In this document: positions 51,790-63,871 of the stretch, in pieces | Layout of the letters: each line of letters opens with the position of its first letter | Position numbering within the stretch: the stretch's first letter is position 1 | Source of the DNA: Camelus ferus | Taxonomy: Eukaryota | Reading direction: 5' to 3' | DNA length: 64,000 nt | Assembly: GCF_009834535.1 (NCBI RefSeq) | Contig: NC_045696.1 | Coordinates: forward strand, 92,258,001-92,322,000 | The notes under the pieces: generated by a model | The model's input: the letters and a program-made list of their open reading frames with translations, nothing else | Database searches by the model: none | Told to the model about the DNA's origin: nothing | Position numbers and translations under genes: made by a program

Positions 51790-51880
51790 GTATCTTTATT
51801 TTATTTACTGTAGTACTTCAATCTCCTGGAACAGTGCCTGGCACAGGGTCGGGGCTCATAACATCTGTTTAATGAATATG
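51790..51880 (+). mobile_element. LINE-2 3' end
   Basis: 'cctggaacagtgcctggcacagggtcggggctcataacatctgtttaatgaat'. Confidence 0.7.
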
Positions 51881-51887
51881 GATAAAC

Positions 51888-52960
51888 AATTCACTTACTT
51901 ATTCCAAAAACATTTATTCAGAACCTTCTCTGTGCCAAGCACCATTCTGAGCAGAGGGGCTACAGCAGTGATAAACAGAGATTCCTGCCCTTGTGGAGCT
52001 TATACGCTAGTGGGGAGAGGCTGACAATAAACTGAACAAATTATATATAAGCTTGTGTGTGTGTGTGCACATATGTACACACCTACACACACACCAAGTG
52101 CTAGCAATGTCAAATGGTGATAAGTTTCAGGAATAAAGAGGAAGCAGGGAAGGGGAGATGAGGAGTGGGGGTGGGGGCCCTCTATGAAATGGGGAGCTGT
52201 GAAGACCTCACTCGGAGGTGCCCTCTGAGAGATGAGACCTGAAATCGGTGAAGGGGGAGCCGCGTGGAAGGCTGGGGAAGAACAGGCAGGGAGATGCAAG
52301 CACAAGGCACTGGAGCACGAGGGGACTTGGTCCATGTGAGGAACACCCAGGGGCCCCTATGGCAGGAGCAGAGTGAACAGAGGTGAGGAGAACGAAGACG
52401 GCCAGGAAATATAGCGGAGCTTTGCTGGACCACTGTAAGGGCTTTGGCTTTTACTCTGAGTGGATGGGGAGACATTGGAGGGCTCTGCACAGAACAGTGA
52501 CATGAAATGACTTAAGCTTTAAAAGCATCCCTCTGGCTGCTGGGTTGCAAGTAGGCTACGTAAGGGCAGCAGCAGTGGGACCAGTTAGGAGAGTGTGGCG
52601 GTAACCCCTGGAGGGATGGGAGCTTGAGTTGGATGGTAGCAGCAGTGGAGGTGAGGAACAGTTGGAATCTGGGTATATTTTGAAGGAAGAGCCCGTGACA
52701 TTTGCTGACAGATCAGGTATGGGGCAGGAGGGAAAAAGAGTCAAAAATGATTTCAAAATTTTTGGCTTGTATAATTAGAAGGCTGGAGGAAATTAGCTGT
52801 CATTAATTGAGATGGGAAACGCTGGAGGAAAGATGGGGGGTGAGGGGAGGGGAGATCAGGAGTTTGGTTTGGACGTGGGAAGTCTGAGATCCAAGCAGAG
52901 CTGTCAAGAGAGCAGTTGCAGGGATAAATCTAGAACCTGAGGGAGAAATTCAGGTTGGGT
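51888..52960 (-). mobile_element. LINE-2 (L2a-like), ~1.1 kb
   Basis: 'catttattcagaaccttctctgtgccaagcaccattct...ccactgtaagggctttggcttttactctgagt...ggaatctgggtatattttgaagg...gagtcaaaaatgattt'. Confidence 0.88.
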
Positions 52961-53124
52961 ACCATGATATGAATATTCTCTTACAAAATGTAGATTATCT
53001 TATGAATAATATGGTAATCCACTGTTTTCATGTAACAAAATATTACGAACATTTTTCTCATGTGGTTAAATAAGATTATACATATTTAAAATGAATATCA
53101 GCCAAACACTTAAGGTTAAGAATA

Positions 53125-53310
53125 GCCCTGGAAAACCACATTTGTTATCTTGTTTAATCTCACATGAATACCACAATGTAGTTATTTTGATGCTCATTGA
53201 CAGATGAGGAAACAGAGGCTTCAATGAGGTAAAAATGACTTGCTTAAGGTCACCACCAGCAGGTGGAGGGACAGGATACAAACTTGTATTTTCCAGGGCT
53301 TTTTCTACAT
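53125..53310 (-). mobile_element. MIR
   Basis: 'tttaatctcaca...ctcattgacagatgaggaaacagaggcttc...tgacttgcttaaggtcac'. Confidence 0.75.
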
Positions 53311-54651
53311 CACATTTGCCTCCAAAGTATTATTCCCAGTGTCTCTTTTCTTGAACTATGACAAATCTATAGAAGGTTTATTGCAGTTAAATATCTGTTA
53401 AGTATCTCAGGATGTTGCTCAAAAATAGAATCTGTAATGACACACTCTACGTATAACATGGTGATGTGTAACTTCTACCTAATCTGATCATCTGCAGATG
53501 GCACAACTTTACCTAATAGTGTGCACACACCACTGTGATTATTTCCTCCATGTTACATGAGCAAATCACTCATTGCTTTCCTGGTGTCCTTGCTCCCTTT
53601 TGTCCTCTTGGATCTTGGTTGAAGGTCACTGACCTTCCTAATCTCGAGGCAATAAGAGCCCACTGATCTGAGCTGATGAGCTGGAAGGAAATCATTGCTT
53701 ATTCACAAGGCATCACCCTTTGAAGCCCCTTTAAGAACCAGCATCAGTTTGCTATGGGGGAGGAGGGACGAGGTGTCAGGTAGTCACAACCTCTCTCAGT
53801 CATGGGAACTTGGCCTCTTATGTTCCTTCTGAGCCACAGCCTGAGGCCCATGAGACCATAGGGTGCTGACGAGGCAGCTGAGAAGAGGAGAAACTGGGGG
53901 GGGGGGGGGGGAGGAAGTCATGAGTTCATACAGAAAAGCAGAAGAGTGACCACCAGCAGAATTTTTCTGCAGTGCAGCGGGCTGCATTCAGCTTTAATGT
54001 GGACCACAGAATGACTCAAACACCCACTTTCGGAAGAAGGTCTGCAGGTAATATACACTCCTCCTCAGAATGGAATTGGAATAGTGCTGTTGCACCTTCC
54101 TATGAAATAAGCCCAAGATCTGTGTTTTTAAAAATAAATAATTTTTTGCCAAATCATACAAAGCATTCTCTCTTTTGAGTCCTGTAGGATGTGCTGCCCT
54201 TAAAATAGTCATATTTTATGTATAGTGGTTATGTCATTCTTTGTTAATAAGCTTTGTAAGAGCCTAAAACATTACTGATTAACTCTGCTGTTTCTTGAGG
54301 ACTTTCCATCCACCAGATCCCCTGAGAAGTGTTTTAAATACTGACTCATTTCCTTCTCATAGAAACCATGTTTCACTGATGGGGAAACTGAGCCATCTTT
54401 TCTCGTGGGAGGCGACATGGATGGGAAGAGGGGGAGCTGAAGTCTGACCCAAAGCCTGGCTCAGGCTCTTTCTTAAAAAAAAAAAAAAAAAAAAGAGGGA
54501 GGGAAATTGAGGATAACTGATTGCAATCATTTCCGCAGGTATATGCAGTGTTTTCTAATTTGTACGAAAACTTGTAGCCTTTCCCAAGGGACTTCCAATG
54601 AAAGATCCAAGTTGTTGGGAGCTGGTTTGCAGTGATAGAGAGGCAACCTGC

Positions 54652-54682
54652 GGGAGGGGCAGGGCAGGGCAGGGCAGGGCAG
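54652..54682 (+). repeat. (GGGCA)5 repeat, G-quadruplex motif
   Basis: GGGAGGGGCAGGGCAGGGCAGGGCAGGGCAG, six G-tracts. Confidence 0.85.
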
Positions 54683-55084
54683 GAGGTGAGAAAACGGCGA
54701 GGTGAGCTGGCCCCAGCTTCCTCTGGGCTCCTCCTCTGGCTTTTCCACTCTCCTTCACTCAGCAGGGCCCAGAGCACAATTTCCTCTCTCCCTATCTCCT
54801 TCCCTCCCTACCATGCCAACCTCATAGGAGAAATGGAGTTTACATGACTCTGGACGGCTGATGGAAGGACAGAAATGACCAACCAAAATTATGTCATGGC
54901 CTTAGGCTTGGGGTTTTTTTATTTGTCATTGGTGTTGCTTTCATTTAAATGAAGGGATGATGTGGAATAATCAAGAAAAATTCTTAAGCCTCATTTTGCC
55001 AAAAGTTCTAATCCTTCAAAATAAATCCACCTGCGGGGACATTCATGATGGCTCAAAAGATGAACAGATTCATTGTTGTAAATC

Positions 55085-55182
55085 TGTGCTGTCTAATAGT
55101 GTAGCTTCCAGACACGTGGGACTATTGTTTACTCAAAATGTAGCTAATGTTACTGAGAAACTGAATTTTTAACATTTAATTT
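55085..55182. mobile_element. MER3-like hAT-Charlie fragment abutting an L1
   Basis: 'ctgtgctgtctaatag...cacgtgggactatt...aaatgtagctaatgttactgagaaactgaatttttaa'. Confidence 0.7.
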
Positions 55183-55184
55183 TC

Positions 55185-57085
55185 CAATCCCTCTCAAAAT
55201 ACTAATGGCATTTTTCACAGAATGAGAAAAAATAATTATAAATTTTGCATAGAAACATATAAGACCCTAAATAGTCCAAACAATCTTGAGAAAGAAGAAT
55301 AAGCTGGAGGAAACACACTCCCTGATTTCAAACTGTACTACAAAGCTACAGTAATCAAAACAGGATGGTACTGGCACAAAATCAGACACATACAATCCAT
55401 GAAACAAAATAGAGAGCCCAGAAATGAACCCACACTCACACTGGCAATTAATCTACACACAAGAGGCAAGAATAGACAATGGGGGAAAACAATCTCTTTA
55501 ATAAATGGTATTGGGAGAACTGGACAGCTACATGCAAAAGCATCAAACTGGACTATTTTTTCACACCATATACAAAAATAAAGTCAAAATGGATTAAAGA
55601 CTTAAATGTAAGATTTAAACTGTAAAACTTCTAGAAGAAAACATAGGCAGTATACTCTTTGACACTGGTCTTTTGGATCTGTTTGCTCAGTCAAGGGAAA
55701 CAAAAGCAAAAATAAACCAAAGGGACTACATCAACTTAAAAACGTTTTGCATAGCTAAGGAAATAATCAACAAAACAAGAAGGTCACCTACTGAATAAGA
55801 AAAGATACTTGCAAATGATGTATTTGATAAGGGGTTAATACCCAAAATATACAAAGAACCCATATAACTCAACATCAAAAAACAAAACAAAAACAAAAAC
55901 AAAAACAAAAAACCAGAAAACCCAAACAACCCAATTAAAAAATGGACAGAAGATCTGAAGAGACATTTTTCCAAAGAAGACATACAGATGGCCAACAGGC
56001 CCATGAAAAAATACTCAGCATCACCAATCATCAGGGAAATGCAAGTCAAAACCACAATGAGAGATCACCTCACACCTGGTGTGATAGACTACCATCCAAA
56101 AGGCAACAAAAAACAAGCGTTGGTGAGGATATGGAGAAAGGGGAGCCCTCATGCGTTGTTAGTGGGAATGTGAATTGGTGCAGTCAATATGGAAAATAGA
56201 GTGGAGATTCCTCCAAAAATTAAAAGTATAACTACCATTGGATCCAGCAATTCCACTCCTGTATATTTAACCAAACAAAAGGAAAACACTAATAAGAAAA
56301 GATACATGCACCGTTATGTTCATTGCAGCATTATTTACAACAGTGAAGATATGGAAGCAACCTAAGTGCCCATCAACAGATGAATGAATAAAGAAGATGT
56401 GAGATATATAAAGTTCAGCCATAAAAATGAATAAAATCTTGCTATTCACAACATGGATGGAGCTAAGGATATTATGCCAAATGAAATAAGTCAGAGAAAG
56501 ACAAGTTTCACTTATATGTGAAATCTAAAAAACAAAACAAAGGAATAAACAGAACAGAAACACAGTCACGGATACAGAGAATAATCTGGTGGTTGTCAAA
56601 AGGAAAGAGAGTGGAGGGAAGAGAGAAATAGGTGAGAGAGATTAAAAGGTACAAACTTTCAGCTGCAAAATAAATGAGTCACAGGTATGAAATGTACAGT
56701 GTGGGGAATATAGTCAGTAACTATGCAATATCTTTGTATGGTGACAGGTGGTAACTGGACTTATTGTGGTGATCATTTTGGAATGTGTAGAAATATCGAA
56801 TCATTATGTTGTGTAACAGGAACTAACATAGTACTGTAGGTCACCTATACTCAGAAACAAACAAACAAACTCATAGGAAAAAGGGTTAGATTTGTGGTTA
56901 CCAGAGCTTGGGGGAGGGGGAATTGGATGAAGATACTGAAAAGGTGCAAGCTTTCAGTTATAAGATAAGTGAGCACAAGGGATGTAATGTACTACCTGAT
57001 AAATATAGTTAATACTCCTGCATATTGTATATGAAAGTTCTTGAGAGAGTAAATCCTAAGATTTTTCAACACAAGGGAAAAAATT
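55185..57085 (+). mobile_element. LINE-1 3' part (degenerate ORF2 end plus L1MA-like 3'UTR), ~1.9 kb
   Basis: ORF2 remnants, e.g. frame reading '[30 protein letters not shown]', with multiple frameshifts. The 3'UTR ends 'gagagagtaaatcctaagatttttcaacacaaggg'. Confidence 0.93.
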
Positions 57086-57462
57086 CAAAGCATCAAACAG
57101 TATTCTGAGCATCAAATAGGCTTTGGCAAGTTTTTAAGATGTGAAATTGCCTAGAAGAGAAAACAGTAAGAATCTTGTACTACACACAATGCAGAGCCAT
57201 TAGGTTTATGAAACATTACACCATCATACAGAGACAAGAAATGGAATTTTGAGGAGCCCATAAAAACAATTAGTATTTCCCCTTATAGCTCATATACTAT
57301 GACTTTCTTTTTAACCTAGGTCTCTATTTGAAAGTTCCCACTCATTGCAACAAAAGTCTCTTCTCAGACCAGCCAGACGATTAAGAACTTTCAACACGTT
57401 TATTAAGAAACAGCATACACCAATTCAAGCTTAGCTCACAGAATCCAGAGTCTTCAGAACAA

Positions 57463-57501
57463 GTGCGTGTGCGCGCGTGTGTGTGTGTGAGAGAGAGAGA
57501 G
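57463..57501 (+). repeat. Alternating purine-pyrimidine (GT/GC)n joined to (GA)n microsatellite
   Basis: gtgcgtgtgcgcgcgtgtgtgtgtgtgagagagagagag. Confidence 0.9.
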
Positions 57502-59432
57502 CAAAAGAAAGTACATGTTCATGAAAACGTTCATATTTCATGACTTTGGCATGGAGATTTTGTTTGTTTCTTCCACTTCGCTATCTCAAATAAACACCCA
57601 CCACATCACAACACACCAGAGGCATTCTGCCAACTGAGTGGGCAGTTCAGGGAACTCCCTGCTGCTGTAACTTGGGAAGACAGAGACAACAAGATAAAAA
57701 CATTCATCTTGCGAGCAACTTCTGACACCGCAGAACCTCTCCTCTAACATGGTCCTTCATCATTGCTAGAGAAATTCTGCTCTTTGAGACCTTCTTTTCT
57801 ACACTGGTAAAAGACATTGGGCAGAAATTTGTGCAGAAACAGGTGCATCCTGGGTTTACAAAAGGCAGTAAGTGAAGATCAGAATGCTTGGGTTTAATTG
57901 TGTCTGACTGCTGATGGTCCCCAGGCCCCCTGTGACTCTCTGGTACCATCAGATGATCCCTGCCTCTGCTATGGTCAAGAGAATAATATAAAGCACCTTC
58001 AAAGAGTTTTGGAAGTAAATATCATGTTTAAGAAATGAAGACAGATTTTAAATTATATTTTTATGGTCATCACCTTTGCCTTACCCGGTGTGTTTCTTGT
58101 GAAAATTGGTTTTACAGCATGAAGAGTTTTCCCACTCATGTTCACCCCTCCCTGTAAGTTATGTATTAAAACAGGTCTCCATGGTTTTCTTCCTCAGTGA
58201 CCTCTAACTTGGGGTCACATTTTCTGTAGTGTGAAAATCCAAGAAATTTAGAACAATGAAATAATAATATAATATGAGGTTCTGAGGGTTAAAAATCAAA
58301 TCCCCTAAAGATGATTGTAGGTGAATATCAAGAAACATGTACATTATACAAATACTTTCAAACTGAATTTTGATCACTGAGACAAATTTACTCTTTGACA
58401 AAATTAGCAACAAGATTCTAAGTTTTGAGTTATGGAGTAAATATGATTTAGTTTAGTTCAGTTAGTTTAGTTTTGTACTAAAAAAAAAAACCAAAAAACA
58501 ACTTCCACCATGAATTTGCTTCAGTATTTCAATTAACAAGAACCTTTAAGGTAGATCAACATATGTAGGGCTAATTGTTTTGCAAGAAGGCAAGTGGGGC
58601 ACGGAACATGGGTGAGGAAGCTGGCCAGGCAGTGGAACACGCCCCTTACCTCAGTCTCACCATCTGTGACCTACCTCTCAGACGCCTTCCAGGCCACTGC
58701 ATTAATGCTTGGGAGCCTGAGTTAGAATCTAGGGGACATGGGTCTCATTTCAGTGCTGGCAACTTAGGTAAATTAAAAATAGTAGATTTTTTGGTGCTAT
58801 GTCTTTCATTTGGTATAAAACATTTAGATCTTTCCAATCTGCATTTGTTTCTTCAAAAATGACAGCCGAAGTGTGAATATGCTCTTAAAAATCTTAAACA
58901 AATTGCACTGCAGAATCCATTTGTATGATACATTATTACTCTTTTAAAATGAAACATGAGTTCCTATAAATCAGGTCTAACAGACATTGAAGTATCAGTC
59001 AACTCCATCTCAAATGCCTTATCCCAAGGCAGCCAATTAGAAATACCTTCACTTTCTCTTATCTGACATTGTAAATGAATAGTAACTGGGCTCCTAGGAA
59101 GAAAAAATTTCTTGAATGGAAAGCTCTCATTTGGATATTTTGTGTGTATCCTTTCTCAGGTAGCAGGTTTTGCTGGTTGGAAATTTGAATACAAACATAT
59201 TGAGTCAAAGTAGATACATCACAAGTGGTAGAGCCTTAGTTTTTCTGGAACTAAACAGAGATGACTATTGAATTGAATATGGAATATTCAGCTGAAGATC
59301 CTCAACTTGCCCCACTGGCACTGGTCTTCTTTGGGGATGGGATGTGCTTAGTCAAACAGGATTGGTGAGGTTAGCACAATTCTCCATTAGAGACAGACTG
59401 AGACGTAACTTGGCAAGATAGGGAAAAAGAGG

Positions 59433-59560
59433 AGGGAGGGTACAGCTCAGTGGTAGAGTGCATGCTTAGTATGCACAAAGTCCTGTTCATTCCCCAGTAT
59501 CTCCATTAAAATAAATAAAACAATAACAACAAAGCCAAATAAAAAATAAAGTATATTAAA
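59433..59560 (+). mobile_element. tRNA-derived SINE, camelid Vic-1-like
   Basis: 'gggagggtacagctcagtggtagagtgcatgcttagtatgcacaaagtcctgttcattccccagtatctccattaaaataaataaa': A-box, decayed B-box and A-rich tail. Confidence 0.85.
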
Positions 59561-59750
59561 AACTCAGGAAATGGATAATGAACCATTTTTACTCTGTTTT
59601 GCGGGCTTCATTCTAATGTTCCTTAAGGTTCCTCACCTGCCTTCCTCACTGCATCTTAAAAAAAAAGGGTAATTGACATTTTTAACTCACTGTATTTGGG
59701 CCAGGTGATCTGAGGCTTAAATATTTTTGAAGACATTATGGCAACATGTT

Positions 59751-60266
59751 CATGGTAGACAGCCTCTAACATCCTCCAACCAACCCTGCCTTAGCATTCA
59801 CACCCTCGTGGAATCCTCTCCCTTTGAGTGTGGGCCAGACCCAGTGATGTGCTTCTAACAAACTAGAATACAGCAAAAGTGATGGGACGCCACCTTCAGG
59901 ACCCGGCTTCCTTCTGCCCTCTCTTGTTCATCCTCTCTCACTCTTTCTGACGGAAGCCAGCCTGTCATGAGCTGCTCCACAGAGAGGACTGTGTGGCAAG
60001 GAACTGAGGGAGGCCTCTGGCCGACAGCCTGAGGAGCTGTCCTATGTGGGAGCGTGTGAGTGCATTTGGAAGTGGATCTTCCCCCAACTGAGCCTTGAGA
60101 TACTGCTGCCCAGGCCAACCCTTGACTGTCAGCTTGTAAGAGGACTGGAGTGAGAGGATCCTGCTAAGCCACACCTAGATTCCTGAGAAACTGTGACATA
60201 ATAAATGTGGTTTTAAGCCACTGCACTTCAGAGTAATTTGTTACATAGCAATACACAACTAAGACA
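59751..60266 (+). mobile_element. MaLR solo LTR (MLT1F-like)
   Basis: 'ttgagtgtgggccagacccagtga...gtggcaaggaactgagggaggcctc...aataaatgtggttttaagccactg...tttgttacatagcaatacacaactaagaca'. Confidence 0.88.
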
Positions 60267-60289
60267 ACCTCCAACACTGACAGTAACAT

Positions 60290-60400
60290 ATTCATTTGTG
60301 AGTGAGCCCTTGAGGCCAGAGTTGGGGTCTGGTTCATCCTTACATGTCCGGTCCCATGTACACTGCCCGGCACACAGCAGAAGCGCAATAAATGTTTGAG
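60290..60400 (+). mobile_element. LINE-2 3' end
   Basis: 'cactgcccggcacacagcagaagcgcaataaatgtttg'. Confidence 0.7.
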
Positions 60401-60649
60401 AAAGTTTAAGGAAAAGGAGAAAACGACAGGGAGAAGGAGAGAGGAAGGGACAAGGTAGGCGTCTGTGAAAGAATGGAAACTCTGGCTGACAAAAAGCTGA
60501 TAATTAATAACCAACTGCCTGTGACAGATTTTACCTCCACTTCTAATTAATGTTATATATATATTTGGTGAATGGCTTAACAATTGCTCACAGCAGAGTT
60601 CTCCCCTTGGAGTCATCTCAGGAGCTTCTGTCAAACACGTGAGTAGAGA

Positions 60650-62400
60650 ATGCCAGACCCACTGTCCTAGACCGCCCGCTGGGGTCGAGTCCAGGCCGCA
60701 GGGCTGCTCCTGGTGAGAGGCTCCAGGCTCCCCAGCAACACCAAGGAGTCCACAGCCAGGCTTGATACCTTGTAGTCCGTCCCACCCCGTGGTGGTGAGG
60801 TGCCGGTGGGGAGTCCCTGAGGCAAGAAGCTTGTCAGGGAACACGGCAGACAGCGGGAAGGGGACAGCTGCGTTCTGGGAGGGGCTGTGGCCTCACCCTG
60901 CCCAGGGCCAGCCAGAGCCTTCCTCCTGGGGGTGGGGTTGTTTCCTTTTCAGGCTGCTCGCTGCAGCCTGGGCAGCCAGGAGCACCAGCAAACAGGGGAA
61001 CAGGGAAGAGAACCACCGAGTGGGGCCCCAGGGCAGAACCTGACCAGGAGACTTTGGTGAAGAAGAGGCTGCCAGCCACTAAAGGGGCTGTCCCAGCGTC
61101 TAGTGAGGTACCTGTCAGTGAAGTGTGAGATGCTGTAGAAAGGGCCGGTCTGGGGCAGGGAATCGACGTGGGTAAACTCGGGGTCCTTCTCAACCGCGTG
61201 AACTCTGTGTGGACTGGAGCTGTGACACATTCTCTGAGACGTCATTCCTTTATGTTTCCTGCTACCTCAACTGACCGCCTCTTCCCCTCTGAACCTCCCA
61301 TTCAAGGAGCTGGAGCTGTAATACTCATTGTCCCTGAGTGATCGTGACACCCCCCAGGACGGGGACGTTCACCTCCAGAAGAGAAGGGGAAGAATCCTGG
61401 GCATGAATAACAGCTTTGGAAGAGTCTGTGATCAGGGAGCGCCCACACGTGCCCAGCCTGCGGACAACAGTCTCTGAAGAGCGGAGGAAGAGAACTAGAC
61501 TTGGATGTGGGTCCCGGAGAGGAGCCCTCGGGAGAGGCAGATACTCTAGACAGATGAGGGGTCGGTGAGTCTGAGGGCAAAAGCGGGTCCCTGGGCGAGG
61601 CAGGAATGTCCCCCAGCCCCGGTCCCCGGGCCTCACTATAGACGAGCTGAAATACAGGTGGGAAGCCTGGTCAGATGAGCCGGCGGCAGCGTCTCAGAGC
61701 TCCTCAGTGCCCCCTGGCGGCGGGGATCCGCAGCACAGGCCCGGGGCCCTGGAGAGCCGCCTCCCTGGTGGGACCTACTGGGATGGAGACAAGGCTGAAT
61801 GGGAGTTGGGGCAGCCCGGCCCACACTCTCCCTGGCACTGTGCAAGTACCCAGAACAGAGGCACAGCCACAGAGGAAGGGCAGGGAGCAACCCTGAATCA
61901 CCTGAGATGGTTTCACACATCTACCAGGAGGAGGGACAAAACACATAAAATGAAGCTGAGTCACAGAGATGAAGAGTGTCACGGGTCTCCCACCCACCTC
62001 AGCACTTTCCACTTGTCAGGAGGGCAGATGAGACGGTTTCTGGAGTGAGGAATTTCTTCAACCATAACCCACTACCCCAGACCCCTCCAGCTCTGCACAG
62101 GTGGGGAGACATTCTTTGTGTGAGTCCAGAACTTTGAACCAGCTAAATCCCAAATGAGGATTAAAAAGTAAAAGGAAACTGGGGGCAGTGAACAGTAGGC
62201 TAGGAAGTGCTAAATTAGAGACAAACGGGGCTTTAATTAACACGGGGTGGGGGGGGGGGGGGGAAGGATGCTGAAAGACTGCGGACTGAGCCCAGCACGC
62301 CGCGCGGCAGGACGGAAACGCTGCCTCTGTTCCCGCCCCTCTCCGTCACCTCGTCCTCAGATGCCCACGCTCTCCCGTGACGTAGAACTTTCCTTTGTTA
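60650..62400. promoter_or_regulatory. GC/CpG-enriched, repeat-poor region (weak CpG-island-like)
   Basis: Visibly higher CpG density, peaking at ~61560-61830 and ~62280-62390. Contains a CTCF motif, GACGTCA (~61238), AP-1 TGAGTCA (~61957) and a poly-G tract. Confidence 0.45.
61705..61723 (-). promoter_or_regulatory. Strong CTCF motif
   Basis: Minus strand reads CCGCCGCCAGGGGGCACTG, a near-consensus CTCF core. Confidence 0.6.
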
Positions 62401-63871
62401 TCACAGAGCTGTCTGCTCAGCCCTGACTCTTCTGTTCAGTAGGATTCCATTTGCTCTCTTCCTTCCCTCCCCCAGCGCGTACAGCACAAGATCTGCTCAG
62501 TGTTGCCAACTGGGAGAATAACAAAAAACATTGCTGCGTCTGCTGAGATTTCTTGAAAAACTTATGGGGATCCTCTCATGCGAGCTTCCAGACTAGTTCA
62601 GGTTTTCATTTCCTTTCCATACTGGATGATTAAAAAGAAAAAAGTTGTTCCCCCCGCCCCACCATCTTTTAATCTGTTTTCTATTCCATTCATTCACCGA
62701 GTGCCTCCCTGGCACCGGATGCGTAGCTCTCAAAGAACCTTTAACACACGGTGTTCCAGCTGCTGAGTCCCCGCCCTCCTGCCCCCAGCTGGGGAAGGCA
62801 GAGGCTGCACCTGTCAACACCTCCCCTGCACCTAGCCCGGTGCCGGGGACGTGGCCGGTGCTCGGAGTTCTCTAACTCAACCAGATCGAACTGAATACTG
62901 AAGTTGAACTTGTGACGCAGGCTCTCCGGCACAACTCACACAATAATTTACTGAAAATTTTGGTCACTCAAAACTTCATGTATGTTTTAACTTCTGAAGT
63001 GCTTTCTTTTTATTTTTTTTGCTTATCTTTAGGGGGTAATGGCTATGAAGCAATTTCGAATTCTAGGTTTCCTCATTCAACTCCCTGTCAAGTAAAATGC
63101 TGTATAAACAAAAAAACTAAAAGTATTAAGAAAACTTCTGTACCAAGAATAATTTTTCCTCATGAAGAAAATCACTTATTTTAACTCATGTTTGATCCAT
63201 TAGCTTATCTAATTTGCATAAAACAAAAAACAAAACCACAAAATCCACTTGCCCTCACGTGTGCTCAGCACTGATAACTTTCTTGGCATCACTGTCTACT
63301 AAGAGTTTCTAGAGTAAAATGATAGGAGACACGAGTGAGAATAACACAAAAATAACAAGAAAAGCCCACAAATGTGCGTACGTGTAAAACAGAACATTTG
63401 GCTCTGCATTTTGAAAATGTTTTGAAAAAAGATGAATAAAATTCTGAATGATCCCTGTCTTAAGCTACAAAGAAAATTTAGGAAGTGTTTTAGGCAACAC
63501 CAATAGGGACAAGCAGATGTAAGAAATAATAGTGAAACAAAGAAATTATAGAGAGGAGATTAGAACTCAGTAGAAAATAAAAATTAAAGAAGGAAAACAA
63601 AACAAGAAGTTGGAGAATTTGAGGTAGTGGGGTGGAAGGTCACCAACAATTGCTTCAATGGTACTGATTATCTTTTCTTCATTAGAAGGTACTTGTGAAA
63701 CAAACATATGTGTAAACAGGGAACTTTGACTTCCTGTGGAATTTTATTCGGAATGTTACTGGGTTGGTGGTCCAATATGGTGCTGAGCTAGAGACAGGGA
63801 GGGTAGTTTATGTTGCAGTTCCACCACTGGCTTGGAACACGACAGGAAGGTACTGCTTTGAAATGTCTCTA

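Noticed and set aside
55399..56449. ORFs resembling reverse-transcriptase-element proteins
   Set aside because: Frameshifted L1 ORF2 remnants and their antisense, not a host gene or intact element. The same applies to 9223-10338.
59433..59505. Possible tRNA gene
   Set aside because: Broken T-arm/B-box and an A-rich tail indicate a SINE.
60164..60844. Longest ORF in the track (226 aa, - strand)
   Set aside because: GTG start, runs through L2 and MLT1 LTR sequence, and has no recognisable domain.
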